A stretch of 29,274 bases of DNA from a virus: the IMG/VR virus record IMGVR_UViG_3300033990_000324. One strand, given 5' to 3'. Both the position numbers and the translations under genes were made by a program. A model generated the notes under the pieces. The model saw nothing but the letters and a program-made list of their open reading frames with translations, had not been told where the DNA came from and searched no databases. Each line of letters starts with the position of its first letter. The first letter of the stretch is position 1. Below are positions 1-10,400 of this stretch, in pieces.

Positions 1-151
1 CGTGGCCGCACAACCATAAGGGATTTGGATGTATCGCAACTATGCGCCGGTCATAATCCTCAAATTGCTGCGGCTGGACGATGATGGCGAAAGGCGCGGA
101 GGGGCTCAGCGTGTCGTTTTCGGTCGTCACGCTGGGTGCCACCCCTCCGCG
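1..151 (+). repeat. Terminal direct repeat, left copy (circularisation overlap)
   Basis: 1-126 is identical to 29124-29249; 127-151 matches 29250-29274 at 19 of 25 positions. Confidence 0.97.
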
Positions 152-153
152 CC
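93..153. other. GC-rich stem-loop
   Basis: GGCGCGGAGGGG (93-104) pairs with CCCCTCCGCGCC (142-153); CTCAGCGTG (105-113) pairs with CACGCTGGG (128-136) with one G-T; there is a 5-nt bulge at 137-141. Confidence 0.85.
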
Positions 154-171
154 CGCCAATGAAGTGGTTGC

Positions 172-432
172 ATGAAGAATAAAAACAAGAAAACTGGCAA
201 GTTCCCGTATGACCTGATCGTGGCAGCGTTCCTGCTCACAGCGAACTTCGTGATTGGCTATTCTATCGAGCAGACGTTCATATCGCAAGTCCCAGCGAAC
301 TCGTCACTGGAATCGACGGCAACACCGACATGCGGCGCAGCCCCGCTCACATTAAGTGAGTTCGCAGTCATCTTCGTCCTGATCGCCATCATTGTCGTAA
401 TAATATTGTTCCTGTATAATCCGCATAAATAA
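172..432 (+). CDS. Small membrane protein, 2 TM helices
   Basis: Basic N-terminus and two hydrophobic segments (LIVAAFLLTANFVIGY; FAVIFVLIAIIVVIILFLY). Confidence 0.7.
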   Translation: MKNKNKKTGKFPYDLIVAAFLLTANFVIGYSIEQTFISQVPANSSLESTATPTCGAAPLTLSEFAVIFVLIAIIVVIILFLYNPHK

Positions 433-438
433 CATAAA

Positions 439-446
439 TTTATAAA
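439..446 (+). promoter_or_regulatory. Archaeal TATA box (TTTATAAA), likely leaderless transcript
   Basis: AT-rich gap; the box lies 22-29 nt upstream of ATG 468. Confidence 0.7.
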
Positions 447-467
447 TCTTATTTCTTATAGCCTACC

Positions 468-779
468 ATGGCGAAGGTCAAGCTGTATTCCTTCATGATT
501 GACCCAGGGATACACAAGCGTTACAGGACCCTGGTCGCGGCAGGTCACCTGCGGCCGAACTATCTGCCCAACAAGCTGCGCGAGACATTCGTGCAGGTGG
601 TATGGGAAGCCGAGCGCAACGCTGGCATGGTAGAGAAGTCACGAAAATATATGGCGACTGACGGCGACAACTCGATAAGAAATAATGCGCCCGCACCAAC
701 GGAGCCTACCACGTCTCTTAAACAAAATAGCATAGACACGACAGCAGCAGCGCAGCAGGGGGTTAGTGGTGGTACCTAA
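468..779 (+). CDS. Putative ribbon-helix-helix DNA-binding protein
   Basis: N-terminal beta strand KLYSFMI followed by two predicted helices and a disordered tail; first gene after a TATA box. Confidence 0.5.
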   Translation: MAKVKLYSFMIDPGIHKRYRTLVAAGHLRPNYLPNKLRETFVQVVWEAERNAGMVEKSRKYMATDGDNSIRNNAPAPTEPTTSLKQNSIDTTAAAQQGVSGGT

Positions 780-1306
780 TGGCTCAAACAGCGCCTTCGC
801 CGGGCCAGATAGTCATGTCGTTCGCCGAGCACTTCGCCTCCATCTACGATGAGCTGACAGGCTCGATTAGCAAAATAAAGCAGGTCGGGGTCACGAAATT
901 GCCGGACGGGACCGAGGTGCCGAACCTGGTGCAGGAATCGGTGCGCGACCCCAACGCCACGCCCATCTGCAACGAGACAGGCGCGCGCAAGATAGTCCAC
1001 GCATTGCGCCTCGTGATGAACGAGCATAGTATGATGGGCGACCTGACGAACGACGAGATAGCGGTGGTGGCAGGCAACACGATACGTCAGCTCGGGTCGC
1101 CGATGCTGGCCAACATGCAGGAATACGGCATAACGGATTCACACAAGTTCACGGCGGAGGCGCTGGGGTTGTTCGATGCGTTATACATATTCCTGACATC
1201 GCTGCGCTCTGGCGGCGTGCGCGGCTGGCTGGGTGACATATACCAAATCAAGGTTGTTGGCGGCGAGGCGCTCAAGGGTCCGGCCACCCAACCGCAGACC
1301 AAATGA
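779..1306 (+). CDS. Hypothetical viral protein, predicted helical
   Basis: 175-aa ORF with a TAATG overlap with the previous gene and codon usage typical of the window. Confidence 0.75.
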   Translation: MAQTAPSPGQIVMSFAEHFASIYDELTGSISKIKQVGVTKLPDGTEVPNLVQESVRDPNATPICNETGARKIVHALRLVMNEHSMMGDLTNDEIAVVAGNTIRQLGSPMLANMQEYGITDSHKFTAEALGLFDALYIFLTSLRSGGVRGWLGDIYQIKVVGGEALKGPATQPQTK

Positions 1307-1325
1307 ACGATTATCGGTCGATACG

Positions 1326-2288
1326 ATGGACGAAACATTGATATGGCTGTTCCTGTTCAGCATGCTGGGCGTCTTGGGCATATTCATTGCGATCGCGGCC
1401 AACAGGAAGTACAAGGGGTACAAGCTGATAATACTGCGCGACTTCAGGAACTTCGCAAAGGGCCCGACGAAATACTGGGCGCTCTACCGCGTGGGCAAAG
1501 ACAGCGCGGTCAAGATGTACGCCAACATATTCAAGCCGACGAAGAGCGAGATGACGCCGCCGTTCGATTTGGGCGCATTCAGCTACAACCGTACCATCTA
1601 TGCAGTTCGTGGCGTGACAGGACACCCAGAGGACGACAACATAGTACCGATACATATCCCGCTCGTGGGGCAGGGCTCGGCGATCGCATACAGCAACGAG
1701 ATAAGCTCGGCTGTAATCTCCGCATTGGCGCACAAGCAGGCGGTCGAGGCAGCTGACATCAGCGTGGGCGACATAGTGGACTACCGCGACAGCCGCTGGA
1801 TAGTGTCGTCGATAGGGGCTGACGGCGTGGAGCTGCACGGGCAGATAGCCGACGGCGGAGGCAGCGGCGCGGACATACCGAAGGCGTTCGTCGCCGACAC
1901 GTCGGAATACGCGAGGTTCAAACCCGTGTCCAAGTCCGCCGACCGCACGCCGCAGGCGTTGTCAGCATATCTCGGTCCCGACTGGGTGTTCCGCTATCTC
2001 GGCCTCGTGCCGGTGCAGGACGCGAACATAATACTGCGCAGCGCGAAAGACGCGATAGCCACGTTCAACAGCGCGATCCAGGAGCGGCAGCAGTCGGTGA
2101 TGTCGATGTTCGCAAGGTACCCATGGGTGATACCGATGGCGCTGCTGTCGTTCGTGGTCGTCATATCCGCGTCGATAATCTGGTACTCTGTCAGCCAGGA
2201 CGCCGGTAGCGTGGCATCCACGGCCACAGCCGCGATACAGCACCTCGTCGGACTGACTGCGACGAGCACCATACCGGTGGCTACTTGA
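1326..2288 (+). CDS. Membrane protein with N- and C-terminal TM helices (morphogenesis module)
   Basis: Start moved to ATG 1326 (MDETLIWLFLFSMLGVLGIFIAIAA); C-terminal TM WVIPMALLSFVVVISASIIWY; internal SH3/KOW-like stretch ISVGDIVDYRDSRWIVSSI. Confidence 0.75.
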   Translation: MDETLIWLFLFSMLGVLGIFIAIAANRKYKGYKLIILRDFRNFAKGPTKYWALYRVGKDSAVKMYANIFKPTKSEMTPPFDLGAFSYNRTIYAVRGVTGHPEDDNIVPIHIPLVGQGSAIAYSNEISSAVISALAHKQAVEAADISVGDIVDYRDSRWIVSSIGADGVELHGQIADGGGSGADIPKAFVADTSEYARFKPVSKSADRTPQALSAYLGPDWVFRYLGLVPVQDANIILRSAKDAIATFNSAIQERQQSVMSMFARYPWVIPMALLSFVVVISASIIWYSVSQDAGSVASTATAAIQHLVGLTATSTIPVAT

Positions 2289-3754
2289 TGGAGCAGGGAC
2301 ACGACGAGGGCAAGCGCGCGACGTTCTCGCATTTCATGCGCGAGGCAGACGACGTAGTCACAGCAAAGGACGAGTACAAGCAGATGCTCGAACACGCGGA
2401 CTACTACGACGACGACGTGCGCGCCGTGATAATTAGGCATGCGCAGAACATGCTCAACGACGAGGTGCACGCGATTTTCTCGCTATCGGACACGCGGGCC
2501 ATAAGGGCGGCAATCGCATCGATGCAGATATTCGACGACAAGATACGCGCGGCAGTCGCGGCTCACATGAACATCAAGCTGGTGGAGCAGAACGTCAGCA
2601 TATTCCAGAGCATGGCAGGCGAATTCCTGCTCCGATACAGCGCCGCGCAGTTCAACTCGCACCTGGGCTTCCAGACCACGCGCGACTCGTCGGAATTCGA
2701 CCGCTTCTTCGCTGCCATAGACGTGCCGAAGGTCATCAAGAACACGTACGGCATACCGGTAAGTCCCGAGATGGTGACGCTGGCGATGGGACTGTGCGCC
2801 CGCACGACGCGCAAGTGGGACAACATAATCATGATCGAGGGCATGCCGGGCGTGGGCAAGACATCGTTTACGTGGGCGCTCGGGACTACGATGTACGACA
2901 TATACCGCGCGTTCTGGGGCATCGACAGGAAGTGGGAACCGGACAAGAACGTGCTCGTGACCGAGACGAGGGAATACTGCAACCGCCTCGTCAGCGACCT
3001 GCCGGGCTTCACTTTCCTCGACTTCATGGAGGCAGGCAACCAGTTCTCCAGCAAACGATTTTTCGACGACGAGCAGCAGGAGCTCGTCAACACGGTCGAG
3101 CGGATACGTTATCATGGCCTGACGCTCGCGCTGGAATGGAACACGGTCGAGGGGCTGGACAAGACCGTACGCGACCGTCGCGCCACGATAGTATGCTCAC
3201 TCGAAGAGCGGGGCAAGGCATACATACGCGGGTTCAACCGCAACCCTGCGCATCGCGGCCTGACGAAGAACCCGCGAACCAAGGACGACCTCGCGCTGAC
3301 GGCGAAGATGGCGTCGGCCATCCTGGAACAGGACGCGCTGCGATTGTTGACAGTGCCGTACTACGAGCTGCCCGCAGACATAATGAAGCAGGCAGACGAC
3401 AGGAAGGACGCCGGCAACAAGTACCTGAGCAGCAGGAAGAAGGCAGAGCACTACTATGAAAGCTTCCTCATCAACCTGCCCGACAACATAATACGGATAA
3501 CGAGCGAACAGCTGCACGACTACGCGATAGCGAACCATCAGGTGCTGTCGATGGCGAAGCTGGCGCAGATAATATCCGAGGCCATAGGGCTCGGCAAGAG
3601 GTCGAGGCTGTTCCAGCAGACGGACATAGCGGACGCGACAGTGGGCTACATACAGGTCGATGACATAATACGGAGCTACATCAAGCACCTGCGCGCGGAG
3701 CTGCAGGGAGCGGTGCAGTACAAGCAGGAGCGTGACGAGGATGGCAGCGCCTGA
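2288..3754 (+). CDS. P-loop ATPase, SSV1 B251-like (putative packaging/assembly ATPase)
   Basis: Walker A IIMIEGMPGVGKT and Walker B-like FLDFMEAG, with downstream pattern RIRYHGLTLALEWNTVEGLDKTVRDRR; start at ATG 2288 overlapping the upstream TGA. Confidence 0.8.
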   Translation: MEQGHDEGKRATFSHFMREADDVVTAKDEYKQMLEHADYYDDDVRAVIIRHAQNMLNDEVHAIFSLSDTRAIRAAIASMQIFDDKIRAAVAAHMNIKLVEQNVSIFQSMAGEFLLRYSAAQFNSHLGFQTTRDSSEFDRFFAAIDVPKVIKNTYGIPVSPEMVTLAMGLCARTTRKWDNIIMIEGMPGVGKTSFTWALGTTMYDIYRAFWGIDRKWEPDKNVLVTETREYCNRLVSDLPGFTFLDFMEAGNQFSSKRFFDDEQQELVNTVERIRYHGLTLALEWNTVEGLDKTVRDRRATIVCSLEERGKAYIRGFNRNPAHRGLTKNPRTKDDLALTAKMASAILEQDALRLLTVPYYELPADIMKQADDRKDAGNKYLSSRKKAEHYYESFLINLPDNIIRITSEQLHDYAIANHQVLSMAKLAQIISEAIGLGKRSRLFQQTDIADATVGYIQVDDIIRSYIKHLRAELQGAVQYKQERDEDGSA

Positions 3755-4295
3755 CGATTTCATGGTGATTTCGCTCGCCCTCGCAGCCGCAGCCATGCTC
3801 GGCATAGCTATACTGTCGCGCGACAATGCCGGTCTCGGCTCTGCGTGGAAGGTATTGGTGGTGTTCGCGTTCGCGTTCCTGCTCGCCGCCTCGTTCTATG
3901 CCCTGTCGCTGCCAGCGTCGTCGGCGCTGACGGTCAACGGCATCAACGCAGGATACATCAACGCCACCGACTACTACAACCTCCCGACCACGACCATACC
4001 TGCCGCGTCGCTGATACCGGCCAACATAGTCAGCAACACGATATACCAGAACCCGAACTCTACGCGCACGCTGCTCATATACTCGGTAACCAAGTCGGCA
4101 CCGCTGTCAGCATGGCTCGGGAGCAGCGCGAACACGCTGACCGAGGTGGTCGACAACACCGGCGGGTCAGTGACGGTATCGGCGACAGTGTACTCACTCG
4201 CAGGATACAACATGACCGCGCTCGTCGTCGTGCCGCCTTCTTGGTACTACAAGTACAACTACACGACTGCGCAGTTCTACTACGAGAGGTCATAA
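3741..4295 (+). CDS. Membrane-anchored protein with predicted external beta-rich domain
   Basis: Two N-terminal TM helices; Thr/Ser/Tyr-rich domain with sequons NAT, NST, NMT and NYT. Confidence 0.75.
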   Translation: MAAPDDFMVISLALAAAAMLGIAILSRDNAGLGSAWKVLVVFAFAFLLAASFYALSLPASSALTVNGINAGYINATDYYNLPTTTIPAASLIPANIVSNTIYQNPNSTRTLLIYSVTKSAPLSAWLGSSANTLTEVVDNTGGSVTVSATVYSLAGYNMTALVVVPPSWYYKYNYTTAQFYYERS

Positions 4296-4296
4296 A

Positions 4297-4569
4297 ATGC
4301 TCGCCTTCGACATGATTATCATGACGCTCGCCTTCGTAGCCGTCGGCATGGCATCGCAGGACGCGCCGATGCGGCAGGTGATGCGTTACGGCGCGATGCT
4401 CGCGCTGATGATCTCGATGTTCGAGCTGCAGGTCGAGTACGGCTTCACCACCATACTCGGCGCTCTGTTCGCCATGCTCGTGTTCCTGTTCGTGCTGTTC
4501 CTCCTGCTCGACGTGATACGCTTGATATCGCTCGCACTGGGCTTCATGCGGAAGAGGCGCGTGATATGA
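4297..4569 (+). CDS. Small 3-TM membrane protein
   Basis: Almost wholly hydrophobic 90 aa with a basic C-terminus RKRRVI. Confidence 0.75.
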   Translation: MLAFDMIIMTLAFVAVGMASQDAPMRQVMRYGAMLALMISMFELQVEYGFTTILGALFAMLVFLFVLFLLLDVIRLISLALGFMRKRRVI

Positions 4570-4718
4570 TACCTACTGCTTCGCTGTTGATGTACGAGCT
4601 CGCTATAGCGTTGTTCATAGTCCTCCTGTTCCTCGCGTCGTACAACCTTGACGTCGATGCGTTCGGCGCGTTGACATACAGGTTGCGGTACGGCAGGTGG
4701 AAGAAGGTGGATAGATGA
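4566..4718 (+). CDS. Small membrane protein, 50 aa (not in the ORF track)
   Basis: MIPTASLLMYELAIALFIVLLFLASYNLDVDAFGALTYRLRYGRWKKVDR; ATGA overlaps at both ends. Confidence 0.65.
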   Translation: MIPTASLLMYELAIALFIVLLFLASYNLDVDAFGALTYRLRYGRWKKVDR

Positions 4719-5155
4719 CCGACGAAGTGGATGACCTGCTGCAGCAGGCGGGCAAGGAGACGGGGATTGGCGGCAAGGCAGTCACGCGCCTCGTGAAGGG
4801 ATTCAAGGCAAAGGGGCGCGAGGGCAAGGCGTTCGTCGATACCCTGATGCTGATGACCGCCGCCGTGAAGCTGTCGCAGCTCGCAGAGAAGTCATACTGG
4901 GACGCGGGCCACAACAAGATAAAGAGCAACGCGGACTTCGACAGGGCAGAGGAGCTGGCAGACAGGGGCATCAAGCTGCTTGATAAGGCAATGGTGGATT
5001 TCCCCTCGACAATATCGACGCTGCAGCCAGTGAGGAAGAAGCTCGAACTGCAGCTGATAGACGTAAGGCACCAGAGGCAGGGGCAGACGCTGTCGGTCGA
5101 GGAACTTGAGGCGGAATACAACGCCCACCACCATCCGGATACGGCGATTGGATGA
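4715..5155 (+). CDS. Hypothetical helical protein
   Basis: 146-aa ORF with ATGA overlaps on both sides. Confidence 0.7.
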   Translation: MTDEVDDLLQQAGKETGIGGKAVTRLVKGFKAKGREGKAFVDTLMLMTAAVKLSQLAEKSYWDAGHNKIKSNADFDRAEELADRGIKLLDKAMVDFPSTISTLQPVRKKLELQLIDVRHQRQGQTLSVEELEAEYNAHHHPDTAIG

Positions 5156-5781
5156 AAGCGATACTATACGCGCGGGTGAGCAGGACAGACCTGCACACCG
5201 AAAACCAGGAGACCGTGCTCAAGGCGTGGGCCGAGCACCACAAGGATGAGCTGGAAAAGGTGCTTTTTCTCAAGGAAGAGGTCAGCACCCGCAAAACGCG
5301 GCCGGTCAAGCAGCAGGCGCTTACCCTGTTTCGTCGCGGAGAATACGACACGATCGTAGTAGTAAAGATAGACAGGTGGGCCCGCTCGATGATAGAGCTG
5401 GTGCAGGACGTGCAGGGCATAGTGGACAGCAGGGGCAGGTTCATAAGCATAGATAACGGCTTCGACTTCTCCACGCGGCTGAGCGCCAGCCAGCAGCTGC
5501 AGTTCCAGATATTCGCCGCGTTCGCCGAGTTCGAGCGAGAGATAATAAGGGAGCGCACGCTCGAAGGGCTGGCTACAGCACGCAGCAGGGGCAAGAAGCT
5601 CGGCAGGCCAGCCAAGGGGCATGAATACAAGGACATAAATGCTGAGCAACTACTGCCCTACAACACACCGGACTACTCGGTGCGGCAGATAGCCAGGCTT
5701 CTGGAAACATCCCGCTGGCGTGTAGCCAAGGCGTTCAACTCGCTGTCTCAAAGGGGCGTGGACATAAAGGTGGTCGATTGA
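5152..5781 (+). CDS. Small serine recombinase (resolvase/invertase family) with C-terminal HTH
   Basis: Catalytic YARVS motif, VVVKIDRWARS, FQIFAAFAEFEREIIRERTLEGL, GKKLGRP and HTH YSVRQIARLLETSRWRV. Confidence 0.93.
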   Translation: MKAILYARVSRTDLHTENQETVLKAWAEHHKDELEKVLFLKEEVSTRKTRPVKQQALTLFRRGEYDTIVVVKIDRWARSMIELVQDVQGIVDSRGRFISIDNGFDFSTRLSASQQLQFQIFAAFAEFEREIIRERTLEGLATARSRGKKLGRPAKGHEYKDINAEQLLPYNTPDYSVRQIARLLETSRWRVAKAFNSLSQRGVDIKVVD

Positions 5782-5852
5782 CAGGGGGGTATTTCAGAGT
5801 GAAGTCGGCAGGTGGCTATATCGGGCGTTATTCACGCTGACGCGGTGTTAGA

Positions 5853-6374
5853 ATGGGATTGTTCAGTTTCATAGACGGGCATGGCGACCAGCCGCTGACC
5901 GACGCGCAGGTATCTACGCTGCTGCACAGCGCGACCGGCAAGGACAAGGCGATACTGCAACTGATACTCACCACGGGCATAGACGAGGCAGACCTGGCCC
6001 AAATCCGTGGCAGCTGCATCGACGGCAACTGCATAGACATCTACGACAGCAGCCTCGGCAGGCCACGGCACATAATAATGCCGGGATACGTGGCGGAGTC
6101 GTTGAGGCAATACGCCAAGTTCGATGAACCACTTACGCGCCTGTCTGCATATAAAATAAGAAAAAGGATAGAGCACCTCACGAAAACCGCGCTCGGCAGG
6201 GCGTACAACATACATACGCTGCGCCTGACATACCTATGCCGCGCCCGCGCCAGCTGCCCAATCAACGTCGTGTCGGAGAACATGGGCGTGGCGCTGCGTT
6301 CCATAATAAAATACTGGCCGACCGACTATAAGGAGGCGGCTGCAGCCGTGGACGTGGGGTTGCGATGGGAATGA
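5853..6374 (+). CDS. Degenerate tyrosine recombinase catalytic-domain protein
   Basis: LILTTGIDEADL (canonical TGxRxxEL), HTLRLTY (HxLRH), ENMGV (LLGH) and IIKY; no N-terminal core-binding domain. Confidence 0.75.
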   Translation: MGLFSFIDGHGDQPLTDAQVSTLLHSATGKDKAILQLILTTGIDEADLAQIRGSCIDGNCIDIYDSSLGRPRHIIMPGYVAESLRQYAKFDEPLTRLSAYKIRKRIEHLTKTALGRAYNIHTLRLTYLCRARASCPINVVSENMGVALRSIIKYWPTDYKEAAAAVDVGLRWE

Positions 6375-6622
6375 AGAGGTTTGTGCGTCTTCTGCTGGTT
6401 TATACCGTGTTGGTAGCCCTGCTGCTGTCGTATTTCCTATTTGCGGCGTTCAGGCTGTCGCAGCTGCCTCAGAACGGCTGCACCCAGCAGGTCGGGTCCA
6501 GCATGAAGCTGTACGTCGATGCGCTATACACCTTCAGCGCGCCGCAGCTGTACAACGACGCCATGCGATACTGCGCTTCCCTGCCGCCGACGCAGCTCAA
6601 TACGGGTTCAGCGCTCCCTTGA
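6371..6622 (+). CDS. Small membrane or secreted protein
   Basis: MKRFVRLLLVYTVLVALLLSYFLFAAF signal/TM with two Cys; last gene of the + strand block. Confidence 0.65.
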   Translation: MKRFVRLLLVYTVLVALLLSYFLFAAFRLSQLPQNGCTQQVGSSMKLYVDALYTFSAPQLYNDAMRYCASLPPTQLNTGSALP

Positions 6623-6980
6623 GTAGCAACACTATGGTAAGTAGCACGTTGAGGGCGAAAGCTATCCCGATCACGCTCGATGACAGCAGCCCGAGCTGCA
6701 CCAGCAGCAGCGATGCGAACACGGACACCCACCCAGCCGTAGCACCGGCAACGCCCACGTCGAACCGCAGCGCCAACACTCCGAACGCGATTATCATCAC
6801 GAGCGCGAGCATGGCGAACCCGACCGCCGACTGCCCGAACAGGCAGGGACTGCCATTTACGGCCTGCAGGAACTGGTTCACGTTCGTCAGGTTGCTGAAC
6901 TGCGACGACACCGACGTGCCGTTTGCCGACATTATGCAGTATTGCGCGGCCAGCATGATGAATGGTATCATAGTAATCAC
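6597..6980 (-). CDS. Multi-TM virion membrane protein
   Basis: N-terminal loop with sequons NGT and NLT, then three hydrophobic helices. Confidence 0.75.
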   Translation of the reverse strand: MITMIPFIMLAAQYCIMSANGTSVSSQFSNLTNVNQFLQAVNGSPCLFGQSAVGFAMLALVMIIAFGVLALRFDVGVAGATAGWVSVFASLLLVQLGLLSSSVIGIAFALNVLLTIVLLLKGALNPY

Positions 6981-7417
6981 TATATCGGGAATAGGAATAT
7001 CGCGCTGAGTATGGCGAGCACGATTATTATGACGAGCAGCAGTATCATGTCAGCTTCGATGGTAGACATCTGCACGCCGAGCACACCTGCGAACGGCTGT
7101 GTTATGAGTATCGCCGCGCTCTGGTAGACCGCAGGCACCGCGCCGATGTACTGCGCGGCCATGCCTATGGTGTTGAGCGTCGACAGGCCGCCGAGGTCGG
7201 CGCTCTGCTGCTGCGCCTGCTGCGACAGGTTGCCCGTGGTGCCGAATATGCCCCTGTCGCTCGAATTGCCAACCACCGCCATATACTGCGTCTTAAGCGT
7301 CGCGTTTATGGCTATGCTGTTGTTGAGTTCGTAGCTCCCCACGAACCCGATGAAGGCCCACAGGTAGACAAATGCTATGATGCCTGCAAATATTAGCGTT
7401 CTTATCGGTACTGCCAT
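6980..7417 (-). CDS. Virion membrane protein (N- and C-terminal TM)
   Basis: TM at both ends; external loop with sequons NNS, NAT, NSS and NLS. Confidence 0.75.
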   Translation of the reverse strand: MAVPIRTLIFAGIIAFVYLWAFIGFVGSYELNNSIAINATLKTQYMAVVGNSSDRGIFGTTGNLSQQAQQQSADLGGLSTLNTIGMAAQYIGAVPAVYQSAAILITQPFAGVLGVQMSTIEADMILLLVIIIVLAILSAIFLFPI

Positions 7418-7418
7418 G

Positions 7419-10400
7419 CTATCTCCTGTTCAAGACGAATATGAGGACGCCGGCAGATATCCACATGAAGCCGATGCCAGCAGCCCCCAACGTCAGCGCG
7501 CCTATGAAATTCATGGCCGTCATTCCTGCGGCTACGAGGGCTATGCTGACCGTCGGGTTCCTCGTGACGAACATGAAGAACAGCATCAGTATGGCGAGCA
7601 GCGCGAGGAACACCCCATCAGCACCGAACGCCGTCGGCCTGCTGCCGAAGCTGCCCTGCACCAGCGTGTACCAGCCGTTGCGCACGAATGCCTTGAACTG
7701 ATAGGTATAATACGTGACGTTCACGTCTTTCGCCGTGCAGGTGCTGCTCCCGGACGCCGTCATTAGGTATTTCTGGCATACTAAGTTGGTTGTCGCGTTG
7801 TACGTGTTGTTCTCCACCGACAGGCTCGTGTTGTACTGCGTGCCGTTCAGCGACAGGAACGAGCACGACACGGTCATGGAATTCGATGGCGCCGCGCTCG
7901 TCGAGCACGAATACTGGAAGTTCTTCAATACCGACTGTATCAGGTTGACTGAGAAGTTGCCCACGGGTATCACGAACGGGCACGCGGTGCTGGAGCATGG
8001 CGCCGCTACCATGTAGTTCGTGAGCGCCAGCAGTGCCCCAGTAGTCGTGTTGTACGCGCCCCACTTGTACGTCGCCTGGTTCTGCAAATATGTGTACGTG
8101 CCGCTGCCAGGCTGCGTGTGGAACTCATCGACGAGCAGCGTGCTATTGGTGTTCGCGTCGAAGAGCAGTTCCTGCACCAACGCCCCCATATACTGCGCGC
8201 TGCTCACGTTCTCGACCGCTACCTCATACAGTATAGGGTCCGTCATGTTGTATATATAAAGTTTCAGGTCTGTCACCGTGCTCGACGTCAGCAGGTTCTG
8301 CAGGTAGTAGTTCGCCTTCGTCGGTGCAGTGACCGCAGAATACTGGAAGCTGCCGCCCGTCCTGAACTGCGCCCACGACGGGTACAGGCACGTCATGTAG
8401 TTGTTCGCCGTGGCCGTGGACGACAGGCCGGCGTCCGTGCCGACTATCGTGTTGCTGCTGTAGAGCTGATTCTTCACCGTGAAGCTGCCTGTGAACAGCA
8501 CGTTGGACGGCCATGCCGTCGTCGGGCTGGTGGCGTTCCAGAAAGTCCATGAAATCGCGTTGGCAGAACCTGCGACGTTGCAGTTGACGACGCTCGGCAG
8601 GTAGGTGCCGAACGTGCCCGTGCTGTTGCGCCATACGGTTACGCCATTGTACGCGAGCGATAGCGGCACCTTGTACGATACCGTCACGGGGCTACCAACC
8701 GTCGGCATCGACAGCGCATAGTTCGAGTTGATGAAACTGTAGAGTTTCGCATAGTAGTGGAACGTCGATGCCACATAGAAGCTGACCGTCTGGTTGCCCA
8801 CGCCCACATCGGCGCTGTTGGCCGTCGCTGTATCGAGGCTCTTGAGGTTGCTGACGTTTAGGTATATCGTCTCGTTCGAGCCCTCTATAATGTTCGCGGC
8901 CGACGCGCTCACCGACGGTATGAAGTTCCATAGCTCGGACTGCACCAGCGTGTTGGCCACGAAGTTCCCTGGTATCGTCGGTATGTCGACGGTCGCGTTG
9001 AACGTATACGCTGTGTCGTTGTTCTGCTGCAGCGGCACAGGGTACGTGTAGTTGTACCATGCGGCTACGTTGGGCGTGGCAGCGATCGCATTATACGCCG
9101 CGTTGTTCGCGTCCAGTGTCACCTTCGTCGCGTCAGGGCTGACGTTGAGCTCGTAGTCTATCTTCTGCGTCGTGGTCTCGTACGCAGTCGCAGGTATCTG
9201 CGGCACAGATACCACGATGGCCGCCACAACGTCCAGGTATTTCGTCGCTGATGTCGCAGCGGTGGTGTCCTTGACCGTTATGTTGTATGTGCCGATGCCG
9301 TAGTCGCTCTCGCTGTATTTGACGCTGCCGGTTCCCGACGCGACCTCGACGCCGTTCACGTACATGGTCAGGCTGTCGGTCGACAATGCGGTCGCGGTGA
9401 ACGTCGCCGTGTCGCCGTAGTTAACAGGGCTCGGCGACACCGACAAGACCAAGCCGGCAGTAGTCAGCGCGCCGAACGTCACTGTCGGCATGACATTATC
9501 CGGCGGCGCAGTCCTGCTCCTGAACCAGTATATATCTATCGGAGCAGCGCCTGCATTCTCTTCCCAGCCGAACGTCAGCGCGTTAGGCACCGTGCTCGAA
9601 TTCCCGTGCAGGTAATCGACCAGTTTGCCGACGTTGGCTGCGGTGCAACCGCCGCTGTTGCCGCAGGGATAGAACGCGCCTGCCGCCACGCTGTTCGGGA
9701 ACAGGTACACGCCATAGACCGTGAAACTCGACGTAGGGGCGGATACTGTATCGTTCGCTATATTATTAGAGGAATTCAGCGAGAACATCCCGCTGCCGAA
9801 CCCCCACCCAGTTATGTGGTCGAGGATGCCCGAAGTCGCCAATCCGCCGACGAGTCCCTTGGTGAAATTCTGTGATGACGCCAACGTCTCTATTATCGCG
9901 TTGGGAGCCTCGCCGTACGCCGAATAATAATATGATGACCTGCAACTGCCAGGAGGCTCGATGCTTAACCCATTATCGACCTGGAAAACGGGCGCACTGC
10001 AGCTTAGATTGGTCCACCCAGTCGGCAACGTGTTGGCCGCGAGCGTGCCGGCGAAATCCTGGTACGCAGGGAACACGTTCGCGCCGTTGTCGTACTGCGC
10101 GTACGACGTCTGCGGGCAGCCCGATGAGCAGTACAGCTGCGGAGCCACGCCCACCGTCTTGCCGTTGAACAGGTCAGTTCCCGTTGACATGAAGTCGATT
10201 GTCAGGACATCCGCAGCGGTCGAGGAAGCGGCTATGCTGGGGTTGAGCTTGACCCAATATATTATGTTCGCGCTGCTCGACAGCGACGCGGCCTTTGTCT
10301 CGTTGAGCGCGTTGCCTTCGAGCCACGTATCAGCTACGGTGCCGTTGTTGCTGTAGGAGAACTCTATGTTCTGCAGGTTCGATGCCTCGTAGCTCGTGTA

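Noticed and set aside
74-92. Hammerhead-like CTGGACGA..GCGAAA in the terminal structured region
   Set aside because: The core deviates from CUGANGA and no stem II or flanking stems can be formed.
1-151. Terminal repeat as attL/attR of a provirus in a tRNA gene
   Set aside because: No cloverleaf or CCA is present, no host flanks are in the window and the integrase looks inactive; a circular assembly overlap is simpler.
127-151. Diversity-generating retroelement TR/VR pair
   Set aside because: No reverse transcriptase is present, the changes are not adenine-specific and the region is non-coding.
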